A stretch of 64,000 nt of DNA from Pseudomonadota bacterium (GTDB lineage: Bacteria > Pseudomonadota > Gammaproteobacteria > Arenicellales > Poriferihabitantaceae), in contig JBCCGE010000004.1 in assembly GCA_039029455.1 (NCBI GenBank), positions 1,170 to 65,169 on the forward strand, read 5' to 3'. The position numbers and the translations under genes were made by a program. Positions 1 to 9,028 of the stretch are shown piece by piece. Below the pieces are notes generated by a model. The model was not told the DNA's origin. It ran no database searches and worked only from the letters and a program-made list of their open reading frames with translations. Numbering within the stretch: position 1 is the stretch's first letter; each line of letters begins with the position of its first letter.

Positions 1-114
1 AACTGCGTTTCCGTGACCCCCGTTCAAATAGACATGACGAGACACGATCGTTTGCACACGGTGGGTGTCTGGCTTGATTCAATTCATCACAAGCAGAATC
101 AATATCGACAATAA
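1..114 (+). CDS. surE: 5'/3'-nucleotidase SurE, C-terminal fragment (gene begins upstream of the window)
   Basis: Frame 1 is open from the window edge to TAA at 112-114 (NCVSVTPVQIDMTRHDRLHTVGVWLDS...). The VSVTP...D.T stretch resembles the SurE C-terminus, and the position directly upstream of pcm fits the conserved surE-pcm-nlpD order. Confidence 0.55.
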   Translation, partial: NCVSVTPVQIDMTRHDRLHTVGVWLDSIHHKQNQYRQ

Positions 115-198
115 GATCGCTTACTGATCTCAATCACCCCGACCAAACACCAGTTTCGAATGAGTATCTCCAAGGCAACCCCCCGCGAGGGTGTCGGT

Positions 199-834
199 AT
201 GACCTCTCTGCGCACCCGAAGACGTCTGATCAGTCGATTGCGTGACCAGGGTATTCTGGACGAGAGGGTTCTGGCCGTGATGGAACAGACACCGAGACAC
301 CTTTTTATCGATCAGGCACTGGCGCATAAAGCCTACGAGGATACCGCCTTGCCAATAGGACTCAATCAGACCATCTCCCAGCCCTATATCGTGGCTCTTA
401 TGACGCAGTTGGCGCTTGATTCAGATACGCCGGTCAGACGCGTGCTCGAAGTCGGGACCGGGTGTGGTTACCAGACTGCTGTGTTGTCCCAGCTGGTGAA
501 CTGGGTGTTTTCGATTGAACGTATTGCGTCTTTGCAGGCGCGAGCGAAATCCCTTCTGCCGGAACTGGGCTATAGAAACGTGAGCTACCTGAACGGGGAC
601 GGCTTTGCAGGTTGGGAGAGCAATAAGCCGTTTGATGCGATTGTGGTCACTGCGGCGCCAACAAATGTGCCCTCAGCACTTTTGGATCAGCTTGCGGTCG
701 GAGGTCGCATGGTAATTCCAGTCGGCGGCTCGGAACTGCAGAACCTTAGAATAGTGACCCGTACAGCAACTGACTTTGTCGAGCAAACGCGAGAAGCAGT
801 CAAGTTTGTGCCAATGTTGAACGGCCGGCGGTAA
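199..834 (+). CDS. pcm: protein-L-isoaspartate O-methyltransferase
   Basis: ORF 160-834. The internal ATG at 199 (MTSLRTRRRLISRLRDQGI) gives a typical Pcm N-terminus and has GAGGG upstream. Motifs seen: QTISQPYIVALM and the SAM-binding VLEVGTGCGYQTAVL. Confidence 0.93.
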   Translation: MTSLRTRRRLISRLRDQGILDERVLAVMEQTPRHLFIDQALAHKAYEDTALPIGLNQTISQPYIVALMTQLALDSDTPVRRVLEVGTGCGYQTAVLSQLVNWVFSIERIASLQARAKSLLPELGYRNVSYLNGDGFAGWESNKPFDAIVVTAAPTNVPSALLDQLAVGGRMVIPVGGSELQNLRIVTRTATDFVEQTREAVKFVPMLNGRR

Positions 835-846
835 ACGGAGAATTGG

Positions 847-1428
847 GTGAAAATATTTGAACCACTGTACGACTGGGTTTTGAAACTGGCCGCACACAGG
901 CATGCAACACGCTACTTGGGTGGGATCAGCTTTCTTGAATCTTCAGTTTTTCCGATCCCAACGGCGCTGATGCTGGCGCCAATGGTTATGGCGCAGCGAG
1001 ACCGTGCATGGTGGCTCGCAGCCTGGACGACCGCGACTTCCGTCCTTGGAGGTGTCTTTGGTTACCTTCTAGGGTATTTTTTATTCGATCAGGTCGGTCA
1101 ACCGGTTCTCGAGTTCTACGGCGCGGAGCAGAAGTTTGATGCCATCAAGCAGCGGTTTCTGCAGGATGGGGTCTGGTTGGTGGTGCTGGCGGGGCTGACT
1201 CCGATTCCCTACAAACTGTGCACCATCGCATCGGGAGTTATGGGTCTCGCGCTAGGCCCTTTTGTCATAGCATCGTTGATTGGACGAGCATCCCAGTTTT
1301 TTCTGGTAGCGGGGGTTTTGTGGTGGGGTGGCCCTAAAATTGAGCCATTACTGAGAAAGTGGATGGAGATTCTCGGTTGGTTGATGATCGCGCTTGCGGC
1401 GGTTGCGTATTTCTATTTTCGACATTGA
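847..1428 (+). CDS. YqaA/DedA-family inner-membrane protein
   Basis: 193-aa ORF with a GTG start. The N-terminus (LYDWVLKLAAHRHATRYLGGISFLESSVFPIP) is typical of YqaA-like DedA proteins. Several hydrophobic helices. Confidence 0.7.
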   Translation: MKIFEPLYDWVLKLAAHRHATRYLGGISFLESSVFPIPTALMLAPMVMAQRDRAWWLAAWTTATSVLGGVFGYLLGYFLFDQVGQPVLEFYGAEQKFDAIKQRFLQDGVWLVVLAGLTPIPYKLCTIASGVMGLALGPFVIASLIGRASQFFLVAGVLWWGGPKIEPLLRKWMEILGWLMIALAAVAYFYFRH

Positions 1429-1442
1429 ACCCCTCACAGTAA

Positions 1443-2261
1443 TTGGTGGCAGCGAACACAAACGTGTCTTCATACCCATATAACCGATTTATCAGGGCGT
1501 ATATCAGATCAGCGCTGGTTGCGATTACTGTGCTGATTGGCGGATGTTCGCAGGTCGCTGTGCCTGTGATTGATAAATCCCCCTTTCGCAAAATCCCACC
1601 TGAGCGCGTCGTTAAATCAGGTGACAGTATTTACAGTATCGCCTGGGAATTCGGTCTGGATTTCGAAAAAATTGCCCTTTGGAACGGATTGCGAAAGCCT
1701 TACGCACTGAAATCGGGGCAGCGCTTGCGGTTGAGACCCCCGGGCACATCTACTGCACAAACGAGTCAACCGTCGGCATCTTCGTCAACCGTTGTGGTCA
1801 GCCCTCTGCCCGCTGAAGACAATGCTGTTGAGAGTCCACCAAAGCCAAAGCCATCACCTCCGGAATCAGGCGCTGTGCCGAATCGACCACCCAGTCAGTG
1901 GAACTGGCCTGCCAAAGGCAAACTGGTCGGGCGCTATTCCCCGGGCAAAGGCAGGAATGGTATCCAGATTGTCGGCCAAAGCGGAACCCCAGTTCTGGCG
2001 ACAGCAGGTGGACGGGTCGTTTATGCCGGCAGCGGATTGCGCGGATACGGTAATCTCATCATCATCAAGCACAACAACGATTTTCTCAGTGCCTATGCGC
2101 ACAATGATGAGATACTGGTGAAAGAGGGACAGTCGGTTTCCGCGCGACAACAGATCGCTCGAATGGGCAATACCGGTTCTGATCGTGTTCAGCTTCATTT
2201 CGAAATTCGCAGAGACGGCAAACCGGTAGATCCTTTGATTTACCTGAAACAGTCCGGTTGA
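1443..2261 (+). CDS. nlpD: murein hydrolase activator NlpD (lipoprotein, LysM plus M23-like domain)
   Basis: Lipobox LIGGC. LysM-like segment VVKSGDSIYSIAWEFGLDFEKIALWNGL. Pro/Ser-rich linker. C-terminal M23-type domain (GIQIVGQSGTPVLATAGGRVVYAG...VQLHFEIRRDGKPVDP). Follows pcm. TTG 1443 or GTG 1446 start. Confidence 0.9.
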   Translation: MVAANTNVSSYPYNRFIRAYIRSALVAITVLIGGCSQVAVPVIDKSPFRKIPPERVVKSGDSIYSIAWEFGLDFEKIALWNGLRKPYALKSGQRLRLRPPGTSTAQTSQPSASSSTVVVSPLPAEDNAVESPPKPKPSPPESGAVPNRPPSQWNWPAKGKLVGRYSPGKGRNGIQIVGQSGTPVLATAGGRVVYAGSGLRGYGNLIIIKHNNDFLSAYAHNDEILVKEGQSVSARQQIARMGNTGSDRVQLHFEIRRDGKPVDPLIYLKQSG

Positions 2262-3010
2262 TGGAGATCACCATCTACACCTGGGCGGTTTTGGGTCTGA
2301 TAACACTGATTGGTGCAATCGCTCAATCGGCCATCGGGTTTGGTTATTCGCTGTTGACGGTTCCTTTTTATCTGTTGCTTCTGGACAGCACTACAGCAAT
2401 TCAGAGCGGCATGCTGCTGACTCTCGTTGTTACCGTCTATACGTTACCCAAAGTCTGGAAAGATGCGCCGAGAGACCTGGTAAAAGACCTGGTGGTGTCG
2501 ACCGTTTTTGGTCTGCCGATCGGCATTGTTTTTTTTATTTATGCGGATTCGTCGTTGATCAAACTGGCGGTTGCCGTGACTATATTCGTTGCACTGATTG
2601 CCGTTTTGACCGGAAATCGGAAATCCGCTGCGCTCACTGATCGCCGATTCCATCGCTACATTGCCGGCGCCTCGTCAGGGGCGATGGTGACATCACTTGC
2701 CATGGCGGGTCCGGCCCTTGCGATTTACCTGCAGGCCATTCGTGCAGAAAAAAGAGTGTCTCGCTCGGTTATTTTCCTGGTGTTTGCGTTTTCCTATCCG
2801 GCTGCGGTGGCGATGCAAATACTGTCGGTCGGTATTGGCCTTCCGGTCCTGGAGTTGATTCTTTGGTTGTTGCCGGTGGCGGTGATCGGCAGTGTGGCAG
2901 GCGACCGTCTGTCCAGGCATATCCCCGAACTGGCATTTCGCCGAATCATTCTGTCCATGTTACTGTTGATTGGTATCTACCTGCTGGTAGTGTCTGTAAC
3001 TCAGTCCTGA
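2261..3010 (+). CDS. TauE/SafE (TSUP) family anion-exporter membrane protein
   Basis: ORF 2258-3010. ATG at 2261 shares one nt with the nlpD TGA. About 8 hydrophobic helices, a Gly-rich N-terminal helix (IGAIAQSAIGFGYSLL) and internal duplication typical of the TSUP family. Confidence 0.75.
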   Translation: MEITIYTWAVLGLITLIGAIAQSAIGFGYSLLTVPFYLLLLDSTTAIQSGMLLTLVVTVYTLPKVWKDAPRDLVKDLVVSTVFGLPIGIVFFIYADSSLIKLAVAVTIFVALIAVLTGNRKSAALTDRRFHRYIAGASSGAMVTSLAMAGPALAIYLQAIRAEKRVSRSVIFLVFAFSYPAAVAMQILSVGIGLPVLELILWLLPVAVIGSVAGDRLSRHIPELAFRRIILSMLLLIGIYLLVVSVTQS

Positions 3011-3030
3011 CTCTTCATTACCTTATCCAG

Positions 3031-4077
3031 ATGTCCACGAAAGCAGCACTTAGAAACGCCCTGGACCGGCACCCCAATGAACCGCTGAGTCATTTGCCGA
3101 CTCCGATCGATGCACTAAAGCGATGGCCCGAATCGACCATCGATGTTGACATTCGCATCAAGCGCGACGACTGCACGGGGCTTGCTATGGGAGGCAACAA
3201 ATCCCGTCAGCTTTCATACTACATTGGTGATGCAATCAGCAAGGGATGCGACACACTTTTAAGCACCGGCGCTGTGCAGTCGAACTATATGCGCATACTG
3301 GCGGCGGCCGCCGCAAAATGCGGTCTTCAGTGTCATATCCAACTTGAGGATCGAGTTGACAACCGCTCATCTGATTATCAGCGATCTGGGAACGTGCTGC
3401 TGGATCACCTTTTCGGTGCGACCATCCATTACTATGCGGAAGGTGAGGATGAGGATGGTGCAGATTCGGCGCTGGCTGTTCTGGCCGAAGACCTCACTGG
3501 CAAGGGTCGCAGGCCCTATATCATTCCGCTTGGAGGCGACCACAAACCGACCGGCGCTTTGGGTTACGTGGAGGCAGCCCTCGAACTGATCGATCAGTTC
3601 GAGGGAATGAACTGGAGCCCGGATGTCATTGTGGTGGGCTCAGGCAGTGGACTGACCCACTCCGGGTTGCTCTGCGGACTCAGGCTTGCCGGGTCATCAA
3701 TACCGGTGCTGGGTGCGTGTGTCCGCAGGCCGGTAGTCGATCAGTTCCCGCGGATAAAACGTCACACACAGCGCTTGCAGCAGATGCTGGATATGGACGC
3801 TATAGTCGCGGACAGCGATATCCTTCTGGACGATCGGGCGCTTGCCCCCGGATACGGTTTGCAGTCTGATCTGGTCGTTCACGCCATACGGGATATGGCG
3901 ACTATGGAGGGTATATTGCTGGATCCGGTCTATTCCGGAAAAACCTGTGCAGTCCTCTACGATCAAATTAAACGCAAAGAGATTGGCGAGGGATCGCGGT
4001 GCCTGATTATGCATACCGGCGGCACCCCCGCAATTTTTGCGTATCGGGAGAAGATGCAGCAAATCGCCGATCTGTGA
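3031..4077 (+). CDS. PLP-dependent D-cysteine desulfhydrase / ACC deaminase family enzyme
   Basis: ORF 2863-4077, but the first 56 codons overlap the TauE gene. ATG at 3031 (MSTKAALRNAL). Motifs seen: PTPI, KRDDCTGLAMGGNKSRQL (PLP lysine) and GSGSGLTHSG. Confidence 0.8.
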   Translation: MSTKAALRNALDRHPNEPLSHLPTPIDALKRWPESTIDVDIRIKRDDCTGLAMGGNKSRQLSYYIGDAISKGCDTLLSTGAVQSNYMRILAAAAAKCGLQCHIQLEDRVDNRSSDYQRSGNVLLDHLFGATIHYYAEGEDEDGADSALAVLAEDLTGKGRRPYIIPLGGDHKPTGALGYVEAALELIDQFEGMNWSPDVIVVGSGSGLTHSGLLCGLRLAGSSIPVLGACVRRPVVDQFPRIKRHTQRLQQMLDMDAIVADSDILLDDRALAPGYGLQSDLVVHAIRDMATMEGILLDPVYSGKTCAVLYDQIKRKEIGEGSRCLIMHTGGTPAIFAYREKMQQIADL

Positions 4078-4116
4078 TAGGTTTGATATTCGTCCAATTT
4101 TAATCGGATCGTTACG

Positions 4117-5148
4117 ATGCTTGATCTGCCCTCAGCAAATAAACTTCTTGCAAGCGGTACCAGCTTATCTCGCGGGCAGATGCAGAGCGTGATGGGGCAA
4201 ATCATGCAGGGTGAAGCGACGCCAGCCCAGATTGGTGCTTTCCTGATTGCGTTAACAATCAAGGGTGAAACTGTCGAAGAAATCGTCGGTGCTGCGCAAA
4301 TGATGAGAGAGTTGGCGGCTAAAGTCGAGACGGCGTCAGATCAGATTACAGACACCGTTGGCACCGGAGGTGACGGTGCCAAACTGTTCAATGTGTCTAC
4401 GGCGAGCGCTCTTGTTGCAGCCGCCGGCGGCGCGCGAATGGCAAAGCATGGAAACAGGGCGGCGACGGGTAATTCCGGGAGTGCCGATGTTCTCGAGGCC
4501 GCGGGTGTGAACATCTCGATCACCCCGAGTCAGGTGGGTCACTGCATCGACAAGTGTGGGGTGGGATTTATGTTCGCCCCCACTCATCACGCGGCAACCC
4601 GACATGCAATCGGCCCGCGTCGGGAAATTGGTGTGCGCAGTATCTTCAATTTGCTGGGTCCGTTGACCAACCCGGCTGGCGCACGTTATCAGCTGGTCGG
4701 GGTTTTCGATCAGCACTGGGTGCGACCGCTCGCTGAAGTGTTTGGACAGCTTGGCAGTGCCCACACCGTCGTGGTGTGCTCGGATGACGGTCTGGATGAA
4801 ATATCAATTGCATCCGGCACCCGTGCAGCGGAGTTTTACCGTGGCGAGATTAGTGAATTTGAAATAACTCCGGAAGATTTTTCCATCGAGCGACAGTCAC
4901 TGGAACCGCTGATTGTGGATAGCGCGGAACACAGTCTGGCACTGATAAAAGAGGCTCTGGGAGGTCACAGGGGGCCGGCGTATGACATGGTCGCTGTCAA
5001 TGCAGGGGTGACGTTGTACGCGGCTGATTTGGCGTCCACAATGCTGGAAGGTGTCAACAATGCCCGCGACATACTGGATGCAGGCAAAGCCAACGAAAAG
5101 CTGCAGCAACTGGTTGAAATGACACAATCGATGCCTGTAGAAAACTAG
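4117..5148 (+). CDS. trpD: anthranilate phosphoribosyltransferase
   Basis: 343 aa. Motifs seen: DTVGTGGDGAKLFNVSTASALVAAAGG, HGNRAATGNSGSADVLEA and NLLGPLTNP. Confidence 0.95.
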   Translation: MLDLPSANKLLASGTSLSRGQMQSVMGQIMQGEATPAQIGAFLIALTIKGETVEEIVGAAQMMRELAAKVETASDQITDTVGTGGDGAKLFNVSTASALVAAAGGARMAKHGNRAATGNSGSADVLEAAGVNISITPSQVGHCIDKCGVGFMFAPTHHAATRHAIGPRREIGVRSIFNLLGPLTNPAGARYQLVGVFDQHWVRPLAEVFGQLGSAHTVVVCSDDGLDEISIASGTRAAEFYRGEISEFEITPEDFSIERQSLEPLIVDSAEHSLALIKEALGGHRGPAYDMVAVNAGVTLYAADLASTMLEGVNNARDILDAGKANEKLQQLVEMTQSMPVEN

Positions 5149-5336
5149 GCGTCCTGCGAAAGTGCCATGATTACCGCAGTTAAGGCTAAAATTTCATCTG
5201 TACAGCAATTTGGATTCAGCGAACGTATTTACTTCGCACAGCGACCTTTTTACGAAATTGCGAGCGTTGCTGCTGGCTTTAGCAATAACAAACCCGGGCA
5301 GATAACTTCTGATTACTGGACCTATACGAGGCGTTT

Positions 5337-5579
5337 TTGATGCAAACAATTTTCGTCCAACTAAAGTGTGAACTCGGTCGTGCCTACGACGTTGCGGCAA
5401 TCCTTGCGGAGCAGGAATCCGTGTCTGAAGTGTATTCCATTTCCGGGCAGTATGATTTGCTGGCGAAGTGTTATCTCGACGATTCCCAGGATGTCGGCCG
5501 ATTTGTCGGTACCCACGTACAGACGATCAGCGGAGTCCGAGAGACCTACACCACCATAACGTTTAACGCGTTTACCTGA
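5337..5579 (+). CDS. small Lrp/AsnC-type ligand-binding-domain protein (no HTH)
   Basis: 80 aa. The pattern IFVQLKCE...VSEVYSISGQYDLLAKC...VQTISGVRETYTTI matches the AsnC/Lrp effector (RAM-like) fold. Confidence 0.65.
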   Translation: MMQTIFVQLKCELGRAYDVAAILAEQESVSEVYSISGQYDLLAKCYLDDSQDVGRFVGTHVQTISGVRETYTTITFNAFT

Positions 5580-5596
5580 TTCGGTCTGATTCAGAT

Positions 5597-6463
5597 ATGA
5601 AAAACCTTCCCACGGATCTGTTGCGGGCCTTTGTGACAGTGGTCAGGGAGAACGGTTTTAGCAGTGCCGGTAAGAAACTGGGCAGGTCCCAACCGGCTGT
5701 GAGTCTGCAAATTAACCGGCTGGAGGAGCTTGTTGGTACGCCGCTGATGGTCAGAAGAAGTCGGTCGTTTACGCTGACAGAAGAGGGTGAAATGCTGCTG
5801 GGTTATGCCAGCCGCATTCTCAAACTCAATGACGAGGTGCTGTTAAAACTCAGTCGCCCCGATGTTCGTGGAAAGGTGAGGCTGGGGATTCCGCACGAAT
5901 TTGCGATCTCCTACTTACCCGGTTTTCTGACCGGTTTTGCTGAATCGTACCCGGGCGTGGAACTTGAGGTTATCAGCGAGCTGTCGTCCACACTTCTGGG
6001 CCGGTTATCCAGAGATGAACTCGATTTAGTGGTTGCCATTCACCGTGAGTCAGAGCAGCTGCCGAGCGATCAGGGATGGCGCGAAAGCCTGGTATGGGTC
6101 ACGGATAAGGAGCACATCGATTTCGCTGAGGACGTTGTGCGATTGGTTGTTGCACCGAAAGGATGTGTGTATCGATTCAGAATTTTGCAGGCACTCGAGG
6201 AGGCTGGTATTCCCTGGCGAATAGTTTATACCGGTACCAGCTACGGTGGTATTTGTGCGGCTGTGCGTGCCGGTCTGGGGGTCACGGTTTTGGCTAAAAA
6301 CACAGTCCCTGAAGACTTAAAGCAACATATATCGATTAATCGTCTGCCGAAGTTGCCCGGAGCAAATGTTGAGCTTCACTTTGACGAAGAACGTGCTGAT
6401 GCGGCAGTGATGCAGCTCGCGGGTTATATCAACAAAATGCGTGATGAGGTGGTGGTGCTGTAA
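5597..6463 (+). CDS. LysR-family transcriptional regulator
   Basis: N-terminal wHTH (LRAFVTVVRENGFSSAGKKLGRSQPAVSLQINRLEELVGTPLMVR) followed by a LysR substrate-binding domain. 288 aa. Confidence 0.9.
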   Translation: MKNLPTDLLRAFVTVVRENGFSSAGKKLGRSQPAVSLQINRLEELVGTPLMVRRSRSFTLTEEGEMLLGYASRILKLNDEVLLKLSRPDVRGKVRLGIPHEFAISYLPGFLTGFAESYPGVELEVISELSSTLLGRLSRDELDLVVAIHRESEQLPSDQGWRESLVWVTDKEHIDFAEDVVRLVVAPKGCVYRFRILQALEEAGIPWRIVYTGTSYGGICAAVRAGLGVTVLAKNTVPEDLKQHISINRLPKLPGANVELHFDEERADAAVMQLAGYINKMRDEVVVL

Positions 6464-6490
6464 ATCGTTTCTGTTTGATCGTTTGTGAAG

Positions 6491-7447
6491 TCACTCTCCG
6501 TTATTGCGCCTTAACGCGCCGGCGGGGAGTTGGATCAGAAATATGCCGAACAGAACCATCACCAGGGCGACAATCATTCGCCAGTGCAGGATCTCACTCA
6601 GAAAAACAACTCCCCAGATGCTGCCGAGTACAGGCACCAGATAGTTAATCTGTGAAAATGTTGTAGCGCCAAGGCGGTGAATGACACGAAAGTAAATCAG
6701 AGCCGCAATAGCCGTTGGGCCGACTGCGAGAATCAGCAGGGCAATCAGACTCTGATTGGACACCGTTGCCGGGTTGACGGATTCGAATAAAAAGGCAACC
6801 GGTAAGCTGGTAACGGCTCCGGCAATGGTGGCGCCGGTCGCCATCTGTGTGCCGGAAAATGCCGGTCTGGAACGAACAAATATTGTGGTGAAGGCATAGC
6901 TGGAGGCCGCAGCAAGAATCACCAGTTGACCAACAACGCGATCATTAAAGCCCTGAAGTGCGGACAGTCCAACCAATGTCACCAGTCCGGCAAAACCAAA
7001 GCACACGCCGATGACCTTGCGTAAGGTCATGGATTCACTCGGAATAAAAAAATGAGCCAGTACGAATGTCAGGATTGGCATGATCCCCATTAAGATAGCG
7101 GCCAGGGAACTGTCCACGCTTAACTCGCCCCAGCTGATCAGAATAAAGGGTAGTGAATTGCCAAACACCCCAACGACCGAGTAGAGCAGCAGTGCTGACG
7201 GCGTGGTCAGGAGTTTTTCGCCTTTGTAGATCAAAAAGCCCACCAGCAGAACCGCGGCCACAATCAGGCGACCTGAAGTCAGCGTTGCAGGAGGGATGGT
7301 CTCTACGCCAACTTTAATCAGCAGAAAAGAGGTGCTCCATATCAGTGCGATGGTCAACAAAAGCAGGTAGTCAACTGCGTATTCTCTCTGAAACAATACA
7401 GCACCTTTTTTCGGTCTAAATAATTTACGGCAATGCCACTGTTGCAC
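6491..7447 (-). CDS. DMT superfamily (EamA-type) transporter
   Basis: About 10 TM helices in two EamA-like halves (LLLLTIALIWSTSFLLIKVG...). The ATG at 7447 overlaps the divergent gene, so the true start may be the TTG at 7396. Confidence 0.8.
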   Translation of the reverse strand: MQQWHCRKLFRPKKGAVLFQREYAVDYLLLLTIALIWSTSFLLIKVGVETIPPATLTSGRLIVAAVLLVGFLIYKGEKLLTTPSALLLYSVVGVFGNSLPFILISWGELSVDSSLAAILMGIMPILTFVLAHFFIPSESMTLRKVIGVCFGFAGLVTLVGLSALQGFNDRVVGQLVILAAASSYAFTTIFVRSRPAFSGTQMATGATIAGAVTSLPVAFLFESVNPATVSNQSLIALLILAVGPTAIAALIYFRVIHRLGATTFSQINYLVPVLGSIWGVVFLSEILHWRMIVALVMVLFGIFLIQLPAGALRRNNGE

Positions 7448-8194
7448 CCAGACGATCCCGGACCTTTCTCAGTTCATCAGCCTAATCTGAAGAGCCCGCT
7501 GCTGATCAGTTGTGATCATGCCGGCTCAAAAATTCCGTCAGCATTGGGTAATCTTGGCTTGAATCCAACGGATCTGCAGCGACATATAGCCTACGATATA
7601 GGTGCGGAACAAGTGGCAATTGCACTTGCAAAACACTTTTCATGTCCGCTGATCTGCGGGGTGTACTCTCGATTGGTAGTGGACCTGAATCGTCATCCAA
7701 ACGACCCGAGCATTATGCCCGCCGTTAGTGATGGAACGGCAGTCCCGGCGAATGCGAACCTTTCTGCAAGCGCGGTCGAGACCAGACTTAACGAAATTTT
7801 CCGGCCCTATCATCAGGCTCACGGCAAACTGGTAACTGCCGCCAAAGCGCAGTTCAAACGGCCGGTCATTTTTTCGGTTCACAGTTTTACCCCAACGATG
7901 AACGGGAAGGACAGACCCTGGCACTATGGCGTATTGTGGGATCGGGACGAGGATCTCGCGGTCCGAGTGATACGACAGCTCGGAATGCTGACGCATCGAG
8001 TTGTTGGAGACAATCAACCCTATACTGCAGCGTCGCCACGAGGCTATTCACTCGATGTGCACGCACTGGCGAATGATGTCGAAATTCTCATTCTCGAGAT
8101 TCGTCAGGACCTTATCAGCGATGCTCCAGGTCGAGCTGCTATCGTCGATGAGCTTGTGTCGTCTCTGGGTCCTGTATTCGAAACGCTCACATAA
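7433..8194 (+). CDS. N-formylglutamate amidohydrolase (FGase) family hydrolase
   Basis: 253 aa. LLISCDHAGSKIP near the N-terminus, VDLNR and SVHSFTP motifs are characteristic of the FGase family. No hut genes nearby. Confidence 0.75.
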   Translation: MPLLHPDDPGPFSVHQPNLKSPLLISCDHAGSKIPSALGNLGLNPTDLQRHIAYDIGAEQVAIALAKHFSCPLICGVYSRLVVDLNRHPNDPSIMPAVSDGTAVPANANLSASAVETRLNEIFRPYHQAHGKLVTAAKAQFKRPVIFSVHSFTPTMNGKDRPWHYGVLWDRDEDLAVRVIRQLGMLTHRVVGDNQPYTAASPRGYSLDVHALANDVEILILEIRQDLISDAPGRAAIVDELVSSLGPVFETLT

Positions 8195-8281
8195 ACCCGT
8201 CTAATTCCCGGAATTACGAATAGTCGTTCGAGTCATAGAGTTCACTGGACTAAACTCATATCTAAAACCGGACTGCATAAA

Positions 8282-8953
8282 ATGAAACTGATTATTGGCA
8301 ACTACACCTATTCGACATGGTCAATGCGACCCTGGTTTTACATCGACCATCATAATCTGCCAGTAGAAATAGAGCGGCACTGCCTGTTCACTGACGAGAC
8401 TCTTGGCATGCTCGATCAGCACTTTTCGGGAGGAAAGGTCCCTCTGTTGCTGGACGGTGAGGTCGAAGTCTGGGATACACTGGCCATTCTGGAAACCCTC
8501 GCGGAACGCTTCCCGAAACACCGTGGTTGGCCTGAAGATTCGGTCGCCCGCTCTGTGGCTCGATCAGTGTCGGCAGAGATGCATTCCAGTTTTGGCAGTA
8601 TGCGCAACGATATGCCGATGAACTGCAAAAAGTATTTCCCTGATTTTGCATTCAGCGATGCCACTTCGCGAGATATCCACAGAATAGATGACATCTGGCG
8701 CTACTGCCGAAAGAAATTTGGAGCTGAGGGTCCCTGGCTTTTTGGCGATTTTTCGATTGCCGACGCGATGTATGCGCCAGTGGTCATGCGTTTTAGAAGT
8801 TTCCCGGTGACAGTGTCCGACACCTCCGCTGAATACATGCAAACTGTATTGTCATCGGGCAGCGTGCGGAACTGGTTGCAACTCTCCGATAGCGAAACAG
8901 AAGTGCTGCCTGAAGACGAGATTGACTGGCCCTCCGTACCTTTGCAAAGCTGA
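8282..8953 (+). CDS. glutathione S-transferase family protein
   Basis: 223 aa. Thioredoxin-like N-domain (KLIIGNYTYSTWSMRPW...KVPLLLDGEVEVWDTLAILETLAE) followed by a helical C-domain. Confidence 0.7.
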   Translation: MKLIIGNYTYSTWSMRPWFYIDHHNLPVEIERHCLFTDETLGMLDQHFSGGKVPLLLDGEVEVWDTLAILETLAERFPKHRGWPEDSVARSVARSVSAEMHSSFGSMRNDMPMNCKKYFPDFAFSDATSRDIHRIDDIWRYCRKKFGAEGPWLFGDFSIADAMYAPVVMRFRSFPVTVSDTSAEYMQTVLSSGSVRNWLQLSDSETEVLPEDEIDWPSVPLQS

Positions 8954-9028
8954 TTGACTCGGCGCTACCGGCTCGAATTCAACTCAAGTTCTTGTACAAT
9001 TGGCGCCCAATTTATTCCGGTAATTCAA

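Noticed and set aside
2863-3030. 5' extensions of several ORFs: 2863-3030, 8954-9028, 11419-11577, 16361-16528 (-), 32455-32568, 32916-32999, 35009-35104, 52045-52164 (-) and 56267-56359
   Set aside because: Each extension overlaps the preceding gene or lacks similarity to the family N-terminus. Internal starts reproduce canonical N-termini, often with stop/start coupling.
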